A stretch of 60,770 nucleotides of DNA, the filler included. It is 4 parts of 4 records of this genome, joined end to end, with 100 filler letters (N's around TTAATTAATTAA, not from the genome) between each part and the next. Parts side by side here need not be neighbours in the genome. Positions count along the whole stretch, not along the records: positions 29,281 to 37,686 come from SRR20825006_715; positions 37,787 to 54,458 come from SRR20825006_723; 2 more parts are not named here. The stretch is one strand, 5' to 3'. Position numbers and translations under genes: made by a program. Positions 29,721 through 39,886 of the stretch are shown one piece after another (positions within the stretch are counted from its first letter, which is position 1; the number at the start of each line of letters is the position of its first letter). The notes beneath the pieces were generated by a model that made no database searches, had not been told where the DNA came from, and saw only the letters and a list, made by a program, of their open reading frames with translations.

Positions 29721-30728
29721 TTATTTTCCGGTTTCAAGCTCATCGCGAAACGGGCGCTGCAACAATGCATTGATCGTGCTGCGCAGGTCCGCATCATGGT
29801 TGGCGACCTGATCCACAGCACTGCAGATTGGCATTTCAATACCGTATTTCGACGCAACAGCTGTAATTGACGCGGCTGTATGAACACCTTCGGTCACCGA
29901 ACGTCGTGCGGCCAAAATGGCATCAGCCTTCTGCCCCTGCCCAAGGGCAAACCCGAAGGTGTAATTGCGCGACAACGTGCCGGTACATGTCAGCGTCAGA
30001 TCGCCAAGTCCCGCCAGCCCCATCATGGTTTCAATCCGCCCCCCCATCGCCACCGCCAATCGCGACATTTCGGCAAGTCCACGGGTAATCAGGGCTGCGC
30101 GCGCATTATCGCCAAGCTCAAGCCCCGCGACAACGCCGCTTGCGATTGCCAGAACGTTTTTGATAGCCCCCGCAACTTCAACACCCACGACATCGGTACT
30201 GAAATAGGGCCGAAATGCCGACGTCCCGATCAGTTCCACCAGATCCTTGCCCAAATTCCTGTCTGAACAGGCAAGTGTAATCGCCGCGGGCAGCCCTTTG
30301 GCAACTTCCTGGGCAAATGTCGGGCCAGACAGAACCGCAACCGGAACATCACCAAGCGTTTCGTTCACGACCTGCGCCATAAGCGCACCGGTCCCTTTTT
30401 CGATCCCTTTGGCGCAAATAACGGCAGGAAGCGTTTCGGGCCAATGCGGGGCAAGCTTGATCAAAGTGCTTCGAAGATGCTGTGCCGGTGTAACCAGAAG
30501 AACCGCGTCTGACTCTCTCAATCCATCAATCGCAATTGTCGCTCTTAATGCTTTCGGAAGCTTCACCCCAGGTAGATAAAGGTCATTTTCACCAGAATTG
30601 TCGATGCGTTCCGCCAGCGCACTATCACGCAGTACAAGCTCAACATCAGCACCAGCCCGTACAGCCTGAATAGCCAGCGCAGTACCCCATGCGCCGCCGC
30701 CGACTACCGTTATGCGCTTATCCGACAT
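29721..30728 (-). CDS. gpsA: NAD(P)H-dependent glycerol-3-phosphate dehydrogenase
   Basis: GGGAWGTALA, CAKGIE, SGPTFA, KNVLAIASG and GLGDLTLTC..SRN motifs. Confidence 0.97.
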   Translation of the reverse strand: MSDKRITVVGGGAWGTALAIQAVRAGADVELVLRDSALAERIDNSGENDLYLPGVKLPKALRATIAIDGLRESDAVLLVTPAQHLRSTLIKLAPHWPETLPAVICAKGIEKGTGALMAQVVNETLGDVPVAVLSGPTFAQEVAKGLPAAITLACSDRNLGKDLVELIGTSAFRPYFSTDVVGVEVAGAIKNVLAIASGVVAGLELGDNARAALITRGLAEMSRLAVAMGGRIETMMGLAGLGDLTLTCTGTLSRNYTFGFALGQGQKADAILAARRSVTEGVHTAASITAVASKYGIEMPICSAVDQVANHDADLRSTINALLQRPFRDELETGK

Positions 30729-30782
30729 AGTTCTTCTCGACCCCGATGATAAATATTCGAACAGTTTGGCGTTTGGAGAAAC

Positions 30783-31859
30783 TCAGGCCTTCACTCCCGC
30801 ACCCGGACGCTTTGGTGCCTCTGGGTCAAGCGGCCAGCGCGGTCGCGGCTTGAAATCCAGTTCGTCATGCTGACCGAGGCGAAAACGTTCCAACCCTGCC
30901 CAGGCAATCATGGCGGCATTATCAGTACAAAGCTCCAACGGTGGCGCAACAAGCGTCATGCCAGCCTGATCGGTCAGTTCCGTCAAACGGGTCCGCAAAT
31001 ATTTGTTTGCCGCAACCCCACCGGCAAGCACCAAAGTCTTGCCCGTCGGATAATCGCGCATGAATTCGAAAATTGCATTTCGTGTGCGATCAATGAGCGT
31101 ATCACCCACTGCCCGCTGGAACGAAGCCGCCAGATCAGCTTTGACTTCGGCAGTTTGCTGTTCGACAGGAAACCCGTCGAGATAGATGCGGACCGCAGTC
31201 TTCAAACCCGAAAACGAAAAATCACACCCGGGACGCCCGCGTAACGGTCGGGGCAGACCAAACCTGTCCGGGTTCCCGGCCTCCGCCGTTTTTTCAAGCG
31301 CAGGCCCCCCCGGGTAACCAAGCCCCATCATTTTCGCGGTTTTGTCGAATGCTTCACCCACCGCGTCATCGATGGTCGTCCCGATCCGCTTGTATTGGCC
31401 AACACCTTCAACGATCAGGACCTGGCAATGACCGCCGGAAACCAGCAACAGCAGGTAAGGAAATGCAACATCATCCGTAAGGCGCACCGTAAGCGCATGA
31501 CCTTCAAGGTGATTGACCGCCAGAAACGGCTTCTGAGCTGCAAAGGCAATCGCCTTCGCGGTCATGGCCCCCACCATAACGCCACCAATCAGACCGGGGC
31601 CACCTGTGCAGGCCACGGCATCAAGATCGGCAAAATCAACACCCGCATCATCCATCGCTTCGGCGACAAGACGGTCAAGATGTTCAAGATGCGCGCGTGC
31701 CGCAATTTCCGGAACAACACCACCATAAGGACGATGATCGTCAAGCTGCGAAAGCACCCTGTTGGACATAACCTCGCGCTTGTCATTCACGACAGCTGCC
31801 GCCGTTTCATCACAACTGGTTTCGATACCCAATACGATCATTTCTTGCAAATCCGGCAA
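30783..31859 (-). CDS. tsaD: tRNA t6A37 threonylcarbamoyltransferase
   Basis: [43 protein letters not shown] and CTDNAAMIA motifs. Confidence 0.97.
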   Translation of the reverse strand: MPDLQEMIVLGIETSCDETAAAVVNDKREVMSNRVLSQLDDHRPYGGVVPEIAARAHLEHLDRLVAEAMDDAGVDFADLDAVACTGGPGLIGGVMVGAMTAKAIAFAAQKPFLAVNHLEGHALTVRLTDDVAFPYLLLLVSGGHCQVLIVEGVGQYKRIGTTIDDAVGEAFDKTAKMMGLGYPGGPALEKTAEAGNPDRFGLPRPLRGRPGCDFSFSGLKTAVRIYLDGFPVEQQTAEVKADLAASFQRAVGDTLIDRTRNAIFEFMRDYPTGKTLVLAGGVAANKYLRTRLTELTDQAGMTLVAPPLELCTDNAAMIAWAGLERFRLGQHDELDFKPRPRWPLDPEAPKRPGAGVKA

Positions 31860-32104
31860 TAAGTCGCGTCAGATTGACGCATCCTGTGTGGGAAAATTCT
31901 GGCAGTGATGTAGCCTAAACAGCACCCGTTTTCCACCCCAAGGCAATGCATTTGCCCTATGCAGGAAAAGCGTCAGAGAAAAAACACTACCACATAAGTC
32001 AATGAAACAGGGACATTCATCATTATAATCCGATCCGGTTTGGGTAAGGTGGCATACGCTACCGCCCTTGTTTTCAATCGGTTTTATGACTACAACTCGG
32101 GCTC

Positions 32105-33058
32105 ATGACAAACACATCTGATACCGTAAAACTCCGCATCGGCACACGTGGCTCTCCCCTGGCGATGGCTCAGGCGCATGAAGTCCGCGACAAGCTTGCG
32201 AAAGCGCATCCCGAACTCGCCGCCGAAGGCGCGATTGCCATTACCGTTATTACAACGACGGGCGACAAGATTCTTGATCGCGCATTGTCGGAAATCGGTG
32301 GCAAGGGGTTATTCACCAAGGAAATTGATGATGCCCTGATGGGTGGCGAGATTGATCTTGCTGTTCACAGTATGAAAGATGTGCCGACGGTGCTGCCAGA
32401 TGGCATGATTTTGCCAACGATCTTGCCGCGCGAAGACGTGCGCGATGCGTTTATTTCTCTGAAATACAAAAGCTTTGCCGAAATGCCTGCGGGATCGGTG
32501 ATCGGCTCGGCATCGTTACGCCGCCAAGCAATGATCCTTAATAAATATCCCGATCTCAAGGTTGTGACATTCCGTGGCAATGTCCAAACCCGCCTTCGCA
32601 AGCTTGAAGAGGGTCAGGTGGATGCCACGCTTCTGGCAATGGCAGGTTTGAACCGGCTAAACCGTCCAGAAGTTGCAACTGCTGCAATTTCCGAGGACGA
32701 CATGCTCCCCGCTGTTGCCCAAGGGGCAATCGGTATTACTATTCGCGAAACTGACAACCAGACGCACAACTGGCTTTCTGCTTTGAACTGCCCGGCATCG
32801 GCCATCCGCGTCGCGGCTGAACGCGCGGCGTTACGTGCGCTCGACGGTTCATGTCGCACCCCTATTGCTGCTCTTGCCGAATATCTCCCGGATGGCAGAA
32901 TGCGTTTACGGGTCAGCATTGTGCGCCCGGATGGCAGCGAACGACTGGATACTGAACGAATGATTTATGATCCGGACCTGGCAAATGCCGCAGCCGCCGG
33001 AACCGATGCCGGTAACGAGCTCAAAGAGCGTGGCGGGTCAGACTTTATCTCGGCCTAG
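32105..33058 (+). CDS. hemC: Hydroxymethylbilane synthase (porphobilinogen deaminase)
   Basis: IGTRGSPLA, GGKGLFTKE, VHSMKDVP, RGNVQTRL and LDGSCRTPI motifs. Confidence 0.97.
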   Translation: MTNTSDTVKLRIGTRGSPLAMAQAHEVRDKLAKAHPELAAEGAIAITVITTTGDKILDRALSEIGGKGLFTKEIDDALMGGEIDLAVHSMKDVPTVLPDGMILPTILPREDVRDAFISLKYKSFAEMPAGSVIGSASLRRQAMILNKYPDLKVVTFRGNVQTRLRKLEEGQVDATLLAMAGLNRLNRPEVATAAISEDDMLPAVAQGAIGITIRETDNQTHNWLSALNCPASAIRVAAERAALRALDGSCRTPIAALAEYLPDGRMRLRVSIVRPDGSERLDTERMIYDPDLANAAAAGTDAGNELKERGGSDFISA

Positions 33059-33098
33059 TCGGGTTAATGGCGCGATCTGGAATATCAGCGGGGAGAAT

Positions 33099-33821
33099 AT
33101 GGGACCATTGATCCTCAATACCCGACCGGAAGCCGATTCGCAGGAACTCGAAACCACGCTTCTGCAACGTGGTTATCGCCTGCTTTCGGCGCCGATGTTG
33201 CGGATCGAGTTTCCCCAAAACCCGGATCAGCTTGATCTTGCTGATGTGCAGGCATTGATATTTACCTCTGCCAATGGTGTGCGTGCCTTTACCCGGCAAT
33301 GTGATGACCGGCGTTATCCGGCTTTGTGCGTAGGTGATGCCACTGCGCGCACCGCACAACAGGCCGGTTTCACCGATATACGAAGTGCTAACGGTGACAT
33401 TCACGATTTGGCACGCCTGATCAAAGATCAGATTGATCCGACAAACGGGGCGTTATTCCATCCTGCGGCCCGCAAGGTCGCCGGAGATCTGGGATCACTT
33501 TTGCGAGACGGAAACTTCGATATCCGAAGGCAAACCATGTATGATGCCGTTCCGTCCGATTGTCTTCCAAATGAGGTCGTCAGCGCGATTTCTGCCCATC
33601 ATATTGATGCAGTTTTATTTTTCTCTCCCCGTACGGCGGAAAGCTTTGTTAAGCTGATTGAAAGACACAAGCTGCAAAAAGATCTGGTCGGTACACGTGC
33701 AATTTGTCTGAGTTCGGCAGTGCAAGATCGCCTAAGCGTCCTTACATGGCTAAAGACAGAAGTGGCAAAACACCCGACACAGGAATACCTTCTTTCGGCA
33801 CTAGAGAACGCATTCGCCTGA
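33099..33821 (+). CDS. hemD: Uroporphyrinogen-III synthase
   Basis: LNTRPE, IFTSANGV, VGDATA and FFSPRTA motifs. GGAG RBS before ATG 33099. Confidence 0.92.
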   Translation: MGPLILNTRPEADSQELETTLLQRGYRLLSAPMLRIEFPQNPDQLDLADVQALIFTSANGVRAFTRQCDDRRYPALCVGDATARTAQQAGFTDIRSANGDIHDLARLIKDQIDPTNGALFHPAARKVAGDLGSLLRDGNFDIRRQTMYDAVPSDCLPNEVVSAISAHHIDAVLFFSPRTAESFVKLIERHKLQKDLVGTRAICLSSAVQDRLSVLTWLKTEVAKHPTQEYLLSALENAFA

Positions 33822-33875
33822 CTTTTCCGCGCCAAGTGGTGTCTCGGAACAACCGCAAACTGCAATGGTCCGACC

Positions 33876-35399
33876 GTGAAAAAACCAGAAACGCCAAAAA
33901 CCCACGCTTCCACAGACCCAGCCGAGACAAAATCCGGCTCGTCCGAAACCATTTCCATTGATAGCAAGGGCAATGCAAATGTTGCCAAAGAACCTGCTGA
34001 TCAAAAGCCGGGAACGACGTCGGGTGGGTCAGAAGGTGCGAAACCTTCATCCACGTCAAACGCTACCTCAAAGTCAGACAGCCAGAAGTCCGGCTCCAAA
34101 ACGGCAGATGCAAAACCTGAAATCAAACCGGGTATGAGCCAAAAGACTGCTTCCGACAAGCAAGCCACAGACAAGACAGACAAAACCGTGCAAAAAAAGC
34201 GTGGTGGTCGCGCAATCCTGTTGTTTGTGATCATTATTGCCGGTGCTTTGGTCACCGGATGGCTGACACGTACCCTTTGGTGGCGTGACGCGGAACCCGT
34301 CCTGAGCCAGTATGTGCCTGCTGAAATCCTGGCGGAGATCACACCGGCAGAAGTGGCGGATAACCAATCGTCAGGAACTGGTAGCGAGCCGACAACCGAT
34401 AGTGCCACACCATCCACATCTGCCAATGATGCACCCGGAACTTCATCAAGCATAACGCCTGGTGCGCCGGAACGTGACGATGCAATGATCGGCAATGAAG
34501 ACAACCTGTCTGAGCCGACAGACAATGCTTTTGCCCGCAATGAAAAAGCACCATCAGAAGGTGATGAAACAGTCGTCGTCGATACGGCATTGACCGAACG
34601 CCTGTCACGTCTCGAAGGTACGATCAACGCCTTGCGTGAACGCCTTGACAGTGAACGCGGCGATTCGCTGAACTCCACAGTTGCACGCCGGATGGCAGAA
34701 ATTGAAACCCGCACCGCACCGATTGAAGAACTGGCACGGGTCGAAGCCGAACTTTCTGGTGTTGCAGCAGAAATGCGCGATCTGTCAGCACGTCTGTCAA
34801 CCATGGAAGAAGAAGTGCGGGCAACTGCCGGTCTTCGGGTTGAAAGCCGTGGCCAGGCCATTGCCATGGCCGTTACGATCCTGCGCGATGCCGTGCAGCG
34901 CGGCGGATCGTTTATGATCGCGCTTAATCAGCTGGAACGCAGCGGCTCGGACGATCCCGTCATTGCAGAACAGATATCAGCCCTGAAACCGCTTGCGGAT
35001 CGTGGCGCGCCCACCATCGAAAAGCTGCGCCAGTCATTTCCGGCAATGGCACAGAAAGCCGTACAGGCATCAAGTGACGACCATTCCGGTAGTGTTCTTG
35101 ACGCGACCTGGGCCAATATCAAAAAACTGATCCCGGTTCGGCGTATTGATGTTGTCGGCGAAGAATCGCTCGATGGACGTTTGGTGACCGCAGAAACAGC
35201 GCTTGAAAGTGATGATCTTGATGGTGCCATTGCCGCCCTTGATGGTATCGAAGGTGACAATGCCAGGGCCGCCGTCAACGAGTGGCTTGAAGACGCCAAA
35301 AGCCGTCAGGTGTTGAACGGTGCCATCGCAACGCTCAGTGCACATGCGATCAATCTTCTGACCGGTGATGGGTCTGCAAATACGGGGGACAGCCAATGA
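33876..35399 (+). CDS. Mitofilin-domain membrane protein (alphaproteobacterial Mic60/COG4223-like)
   Basis: Low-complexity N-terminus, one TM segment, coiled coil, C-terminal G.PT...L...F ...W...A..R mitofilin-like pattern, located between hemD and the HemY-like gene. Confidence 0.78.
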   Translation: MKKPETPKTHASTDPAETKSGSSETISIDSKGNANVAKEPADQKPGTTSGGSEGAKPSSTSNATSKSDSQKSGSKTADAKPEIKPGMSQKTASDKQATDKTDKTVQKKRGGRAILLFVIIIAGALVTGWLTRTLWWRDAEPVLSQYVPAEILAEITPAEVADNQSSGTGSEPTTDSATPSTSANDAPGTSSSITPGAPERDDAMIGNEDNLSEPTDNAFARNEKAPSEGDETVVVDTALTERLSRLEGTINALRERLDSERGDSLNSTVARRMAEIETRTAPIEELARVEAELSGVAAEMRDLSARLSTMEEEVRATAGLRVESRGQAIAMAVTILRDAVQRGGSFMIALNQLERSGSDDPVIAEQISALKPLADRGAPTIEKLRQSFPAMAQKAVQASSDDHSGSVLDATWANIKKLIPVRRIDVVGEESLDGRLVTAETALESDDLDGAIAALDGIEGDNARAAVNEWLEDAKSRQVLNGAIATLSAHAINLLTGDGSANTGDSQ

Positions 35400-36829
35400 T
35401 CCGTCTTGGCCTGTTCATTCTGATAACTGCAATTCTGGTCACCTGCACGGTCTGGTTTGCCAATAATCCCGGTACAATGACCATCGTCTGGCTCGGCTAC
35501 AGGTTTGATGGCTCTATTGGCATGGTCGCCCTTGGCCTTCTTGTTCTGACCGGGGTTCTGGTCATCCTTTGGCGCTGTTGGTCCGCCATTGCCAATTCTC
35601 CCAATTGGCTTGGCCGTATTCTGGGCAGTCGCCGTCGCAAAAAAGGTCAGCAGGCCCTTACCATGGGATTGCTGGAACTTGCATCTGGTGATGTTCGACA
35701 AGCATTGAAGCATACCCGTGCGGTCGACCGGTATCTTGAAGACGATACCCTGACCCGCCTGTTAACAGCCCAAGCCGCCGAACTTGACGGAAACAACGAG
35801 GCTGCCAAACGTCAATTTGAAGCAATGCTTGAAAAGCCTGATTCAGCATTTTTCGGGTTGCGCGGTTTACTGCAGTTATCGCTGAAGTCCGATAACCGGT
35901 CGGAGGCACTCGATTATGCGGAACGGGCCCACCGCCTGCGTCCGCGCAATCCGTCCGTGCTTGTAACGTTATTTGATTTGTTACTGGGTGCAAAACGCTG
36001 GGACCGGGCCCTGACCCTGCTGGTGGATGCCCAAAAGGCAGATATCTTTAACGAAGATGAACTGACACGTCGCCGTGCACTTCTGATTACAGCCAAAGCC
36101 GAAGACGCAATAACGGATGGTGAAAATGCCGAAGCCATCAAACTTTTGCGCAAAGCTTTGAACGCGCGCCCGGACTTTACCGGCGCGGCCGTTCTTCTGG
36201 CTAGGCTTTATGCCGACATTGATCAGCCTGCGAAAGCGCGCGACGTTGCCCAGCAAAGCTGGCAGACATCACCATCCGCGGCCTTGGGTCAAATCTATCT
36301 GGACAGTCTTTCCGAAGACGCCTTGGCAAAAGTCAAAGCTGTCGAAAAGCTGATTGCCGCCAATCCGGAACATGTAGAAAGCCAGCTTTTGCTTGCCGAA
36401 GCCGCACTTTCTGCCGATTTGTGGGGCATGGCACGCAGCAACCTGGAAAAGGCCATCGCCCAAAAGGCGCAGTCACGTCACTACCGTCTTCTGGCTGATC
36501 TGGAATTCCGTGAAAAGAAAGATGCCGCAAAAGCACGTGAGCTGCTGGTAAAGGCAAGTCACGCCAATCCCGACCCCGGCTGGCGGTGCGGCGCATGTGG
36601 TACGGAAACAGATAAATGGGCGGTAACCTGCCCGTCCTGTCATTCCTTTGGCAGCATTGACTGGCGCGCACCGATGCGCGTTCATAATGATCAGCCCGCA
36701 TCCGATCCGGCAACGCCAAAACAGCCCGCCGCCATAAAGCGGGATGGGGCAATGATCGAAAACTCCGATCCGATTGATAAAACTGTGAACAGCAGCGCAA
36801 AAGGGGAACATCCAGCAACGGCTGTTTGA
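35396..36829 (+). CDS. HemY_N-domain TPR membrane protein with C-terminal CxxC..CxxC
   Basis: WFANNPG..I.WLGY, two TM segments, TPR helices, WRCGACG...CPSC. Confidence 0.88.
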   Translation: MIRLGLFILITAILVTCTVWFANNPGTMTIVWLGYRFDGSIGMVALGLLVLTGVLVILWRCWSAIANSPNWLGRILGSRRRKKGQQALTMGLLELASGDVRQALKHTRAVDRYLEDDTLTRLLTAQAAELDGNNEAAKRQFEAMLEKPDSAFFGLRGLLQLSLKSDNRSEALDYAERAHRLRPRNPSVLVTLFDLLLGAKRWDRALTLLVDAQKADIFNEDELTRRRALLITAKAEDAITDGENAEAIKLLRKALNARPDFTGAAVLLARLYADIDQPAKARDVAQQSWQTSPSAALGQIYLDSLSEDALAKVKAVEKLIAANPEHVESQLLLAEAALSADLWGMARSNLEKAIAQKAQSRHYRLLADLEFREKKDAAKARELLVKASHANPDPGWRCGACGTETDKWAVTCPSCHSFGSIDWRAPMRVHNDQPASDPATPKQPAAIKRDGAMIENSDPIDKTVNSSAKGEHPATAV

Positions 36830-36856
36830 CCCTGATATCCATCCACTGAACACAAA

Positions 36857-36893
36857 AAACAGGCCGCGGACATAAAATGTCTGCGGCCTGTTT
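36857..36893. terminator. Terminator hairpin between the convergent hemY-like gene and purH
   Basis: AAACAGGCCGCGGACAT-AAA-ATGTCTGCGGCCTGTTT near-perfect 17-bp stem. Confidence 0.8.
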
Positions 36894-36914
36894 GCTTAAG
36901 GTTCAAACCAAAGA

Positions 36915-37686
36915 TTAATGACGGAAGTGACGCATACCGGTAAACACCATGGCAATACCATGTTCATCGGCAGCCGCAATGACTTCTTCGTCACGCATTG
37001 AACCGCCCGGCTGAATAACCGCTGTGGCACCGGCATTGACTGCGGCCAGCAATCCGTCTGCAAACGGGAAGAAGGCATCAGACGACACGACCGATCCCTT
37101 GGTGCGCAATTCGCCTTCACCCGCATTTTTACCGGCTTCTTCGGCTTTCCATGCGGCAATCCGTGAACTGTCAACACGGCTCATCTGGCCGGCACCCACA
37201 CCAACCGTTTTACCGTCTTTGACATAAACAATCGCGTTTGATTTGACATGTTTGCCAACACGGAAGGCAAACAGCAGATCATCAAGTTCGGCTTCGGTCG
37301 GCTTGCGCTTGGTGACGACTTTAAGCGCGTCACGCTTGACGCGACCGGCATCGCGGTTCTGAAGAAGATATCCACCAGCCAACGACCGAAGCGTCATGTC
37401 TTCACCTTCCGGATCCGCCATGCCACCGGTCACCAGAAGACGCAGGTTCTTCTTCGCTGCCAGAACTTCCTTCGCCGCGTCATCGGCATCCGGGCAGATC
37501 ACGACTTCGGCAAACAGCTTGGCAATTTCTTCGGCAGTGGCCTTATCAAGGGTACGGTTAACCGCGATGATGCCACCAAAGGCCGAAACCGGGTCACAAG
37601 AAAGTGCCTTGTGATAGGCTTCAATCAGAGTTGCCCCCTCGGCAACGCCACACGGATTGGCGTGCTTGATGATGGCAACAGCCGGT
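36915..37686 (-). CDS. purH: AICAR transformylase/IMP cyclohydrolase, C-terminal part (5' truncated)
   Basis: [48 protein letters not shown] and TGMRHFRH motifs. Confidence 0.97.
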
Positions 37687-37786
37687 NNNNNNNNNNNNNN
37701 NNNNNNNNNNNNNNNNNNNNNNNNNNNNNNTTAATTAATTAANNNNNNNNNNNNNNNNNNNNNNNNNNNNNNNNNNNNNNNNNNNN
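37687..37786. other. Artificial contig-joining spacer
   Basis: 44 N + TTAATTAATTAA + 44 N. Confidence 0.97.
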
Positions 37787-37829
37787 GACGTAGAACACTT
37801 CGATATACTCAGAACAAGCTCTGGGAAAT
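37787..37829 (+). repeat. 43-bp direct repeat copy 1 at contig start
   Basis: GACGTAGAACACTTCGATATACTCAGAACAAGCTCTGGGAAAT, 40/43 identical to 54416-54458. Confidence 0.9.
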
Positions 37830-37854
37830 AAAACCCTCAACGAGGGATTTGAAA

Positions 37855-38436
37855 ATGAAGAACAATCAAATAAAAATAGAAAAAGAAAGCATTCTTTCGG
37901 ATAATTGGTACCTGTTAAAAAAAATTGATTTTCAGTTTAAAAACAAAAAAGGCGAATGGGAAAAAGTTAGTAGAGAGGTATACGACCGTGGAAATGGAGC
38001 TGCTATTTTACTATACAATCCCGAAACAAAAAATATTGTTTTAACTAGACAATTTAGAATGCCAACTTATTTAAATGGTAATGAAAGCGGGATGATGATT
38101 GAAGTTCCTGCTGGAATTATTGAAAATGAAGACCCCGAAATATCTATCATCAGAGAAACCGACGAAGAGACTGGATATAAAATTTCTGAAGTACAAAAAG
38201 TGTTCGAAATATATCCATCTCCTGGTGCTGTTACAGAAAAGTTACACCTCTACATTGGAAAATACAACGCCAATATGAAAGCACATGAAGGCGGCGGACT
38301 CGATAGCGAACATGAGGATATTGAAGTTTTTGAAACCTCTTTTACAGATGCAGAAAGCATGGTAAAGAATGGTGAAATAAAAGATGCAAAGACCATCATG
38401 TTAATTCAATACGCTAGACTACATGGTATTATATAA
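37855..38436 (+). CDS. nudK: Nudix hydrolase, GDP-mannose pyrophosphatase-like
   Basis: LSDNWY, REVYDRGNGAAILLY, LTRQFRMP, RETDEETG, SPGAVTE, EDIEV and IKDAKTIML motifs. Confidence 0.88.
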   Translation: MKNNQIKIEKESILSDNWYLLKKIDFQFKNKKGEWEKVSREVYDRGNGAAILLYNPETKNIVLTRQFRMPTYLNGNESGMMIEVPAGIIENEDPEISIIRETDEETGYKISEVQKVFEIYPSPGAVTEKLHLYIGKYNANMKAHEGGGLDSEHEDIEVFETSFTDAESMVKNGEIKDAKTIMLIQYARLHGII

Positions 38437-38438
38437 AA

Positions 38439-38470
38439 AAAGCATTGTTAGCAGGAACTAACAATGCTTT
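38439..38470 (-). terminator. Intrinsic terminator closing the PUL operon (convergent with nudK)
   Basis: AAAGCATTGTTAG-CAGGAA-CTAACAATGCTTT stem, preceded by an A run. Confidence 0.8.
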
Positions 38471-38508
38471 AACAACAAACTAACTATCAATTTAACAAAT
38501 TGAAATTT

Positions 38509-39845
38509 TTATTTCAAACTACCCTTTGGTAGTAATGCAAAATCTATTTCAGGAGCTTTTCCGTTTGGCGTTCTAGTATGCATGGTATTCATTTCTGTCA
38601 TATCATCAAAAAAGCCACAATTTTTCATATAAAAAGTATTGCCTTTAGCTCCACCAGCATAATCAACTCTAGATCCTTTTTTTGCTGTAGCATCTGCTGT
38701 AAATTTAGCTTCGGTTAATTCATGCCACTCTCCTTCGGTATCATACACCCATTGGTTTCCATATACTCCCATACGACTTATATTTCCTGTTTGGGTAATA
38801 AAATTTTCTAAAAAAGAATGCTGTCTTTTTAAATAAGTACTTGTGTGCGGTCTTCTAAAACTAGCAATCAAACTCCAACTCCCTTCAGTAGGGTCAAAGA
38901 AATAAGCTGTATAATCGGTAGAATTATTGGTAGATGGACTCCCTTTAAGTAAAAACTTATACGTCTGCCCCGCTTTCCAATTAAACACTTTATAACTTTG
39001 TCCACCAGAACCTTCGTTTCCAAATTCTCCTGTGGTGACTCCTTCTCCTTTTCCTAAAAGAATAATTTTATAATCGTCTGGAATTTCATCAGGATTTTGC
39101 GTTTCATATGGACTCCAAACTGAAAATAAAATTCGTCGCTCTGTTGAAGAATTCACCTGCATCCCAAAGTATCCTTCAGCAAAACCATTCGCCATAAAAT
39201 ATGAACCTAAAGTATCGTCTCCTTCTGGTACTGTAATTTCATTATAAAACCACACAATGTCTTTTCCTTCTGGAGCTGTATAGTTTAAGTGGACAGATGG
39301 TCCTCTTCTACCCCAATAAAAGTCTTCTTTTACATAAGTAATGCCTTCATTTAATGCAGAACCTTCTAACGTAAAACTATCTATATCTGCAATAGTTTCT
39401 CCAGTATTAGACTTCCCTTGTATTTCTAAAAAATAGTACCCTGCCTTTTCTACAGAAAACATCCCAGCTTCAAGAGTTTGAAAATCGGTATTGGAGATTT
39501 CCACCTCTTTCTGCTGATCTCCTAATGCAATAGTTACTACAGAAGAACCTTCTACGGCTTGTGCTTTAAGACTTACTTTTATTTGTCCCGAAGTATTTAC
39601 CTTAAAATACGTACGAATTTTTGTATCTAAATCCTTCCAATTACGAATTCCATCTTCTGTAATAATTTCTTCATTACTAGCAATATCTCCAACAACCCAA
39701 CTATTTCCCTTAGCAAGAATAATACTTGGCGGATTAATAACTTCTTCTATTATAACTTCTTTGGTTTCTCCATCAGTGTTACAACTAAAAAGTATAACCG
39801 AGCAAATGGTTATTAAAACTGATAAATATGTTTTTTTTTCTTCAT
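38509..39845 (-). CDS. DUF5077/DUF3472-like lipoprotein, frameshifted in an A9 tract after the start codon
   Basis: YWGRRGPSVHL, YFMANGFAEGYFGMQVNS..ERRILFSVWSP and SFLENF motifs. The frame is open from about 39855 and includes the lipobox LFSC, but ATG 39845 is out of frame by one base. Confidence 0.75.
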
Positions 39846-39886
39846 TTAAAAAAAGTTAACTGAATGCTTTTAGCGATATTTACTAA

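Noticed and set aside
34001-34867. 288-aa antisense ORF and other long shadow ORFs in the GC-rich segments
   Set aside because: They lie opposite well-supported genes, have no motifs, and are expected at high GC.
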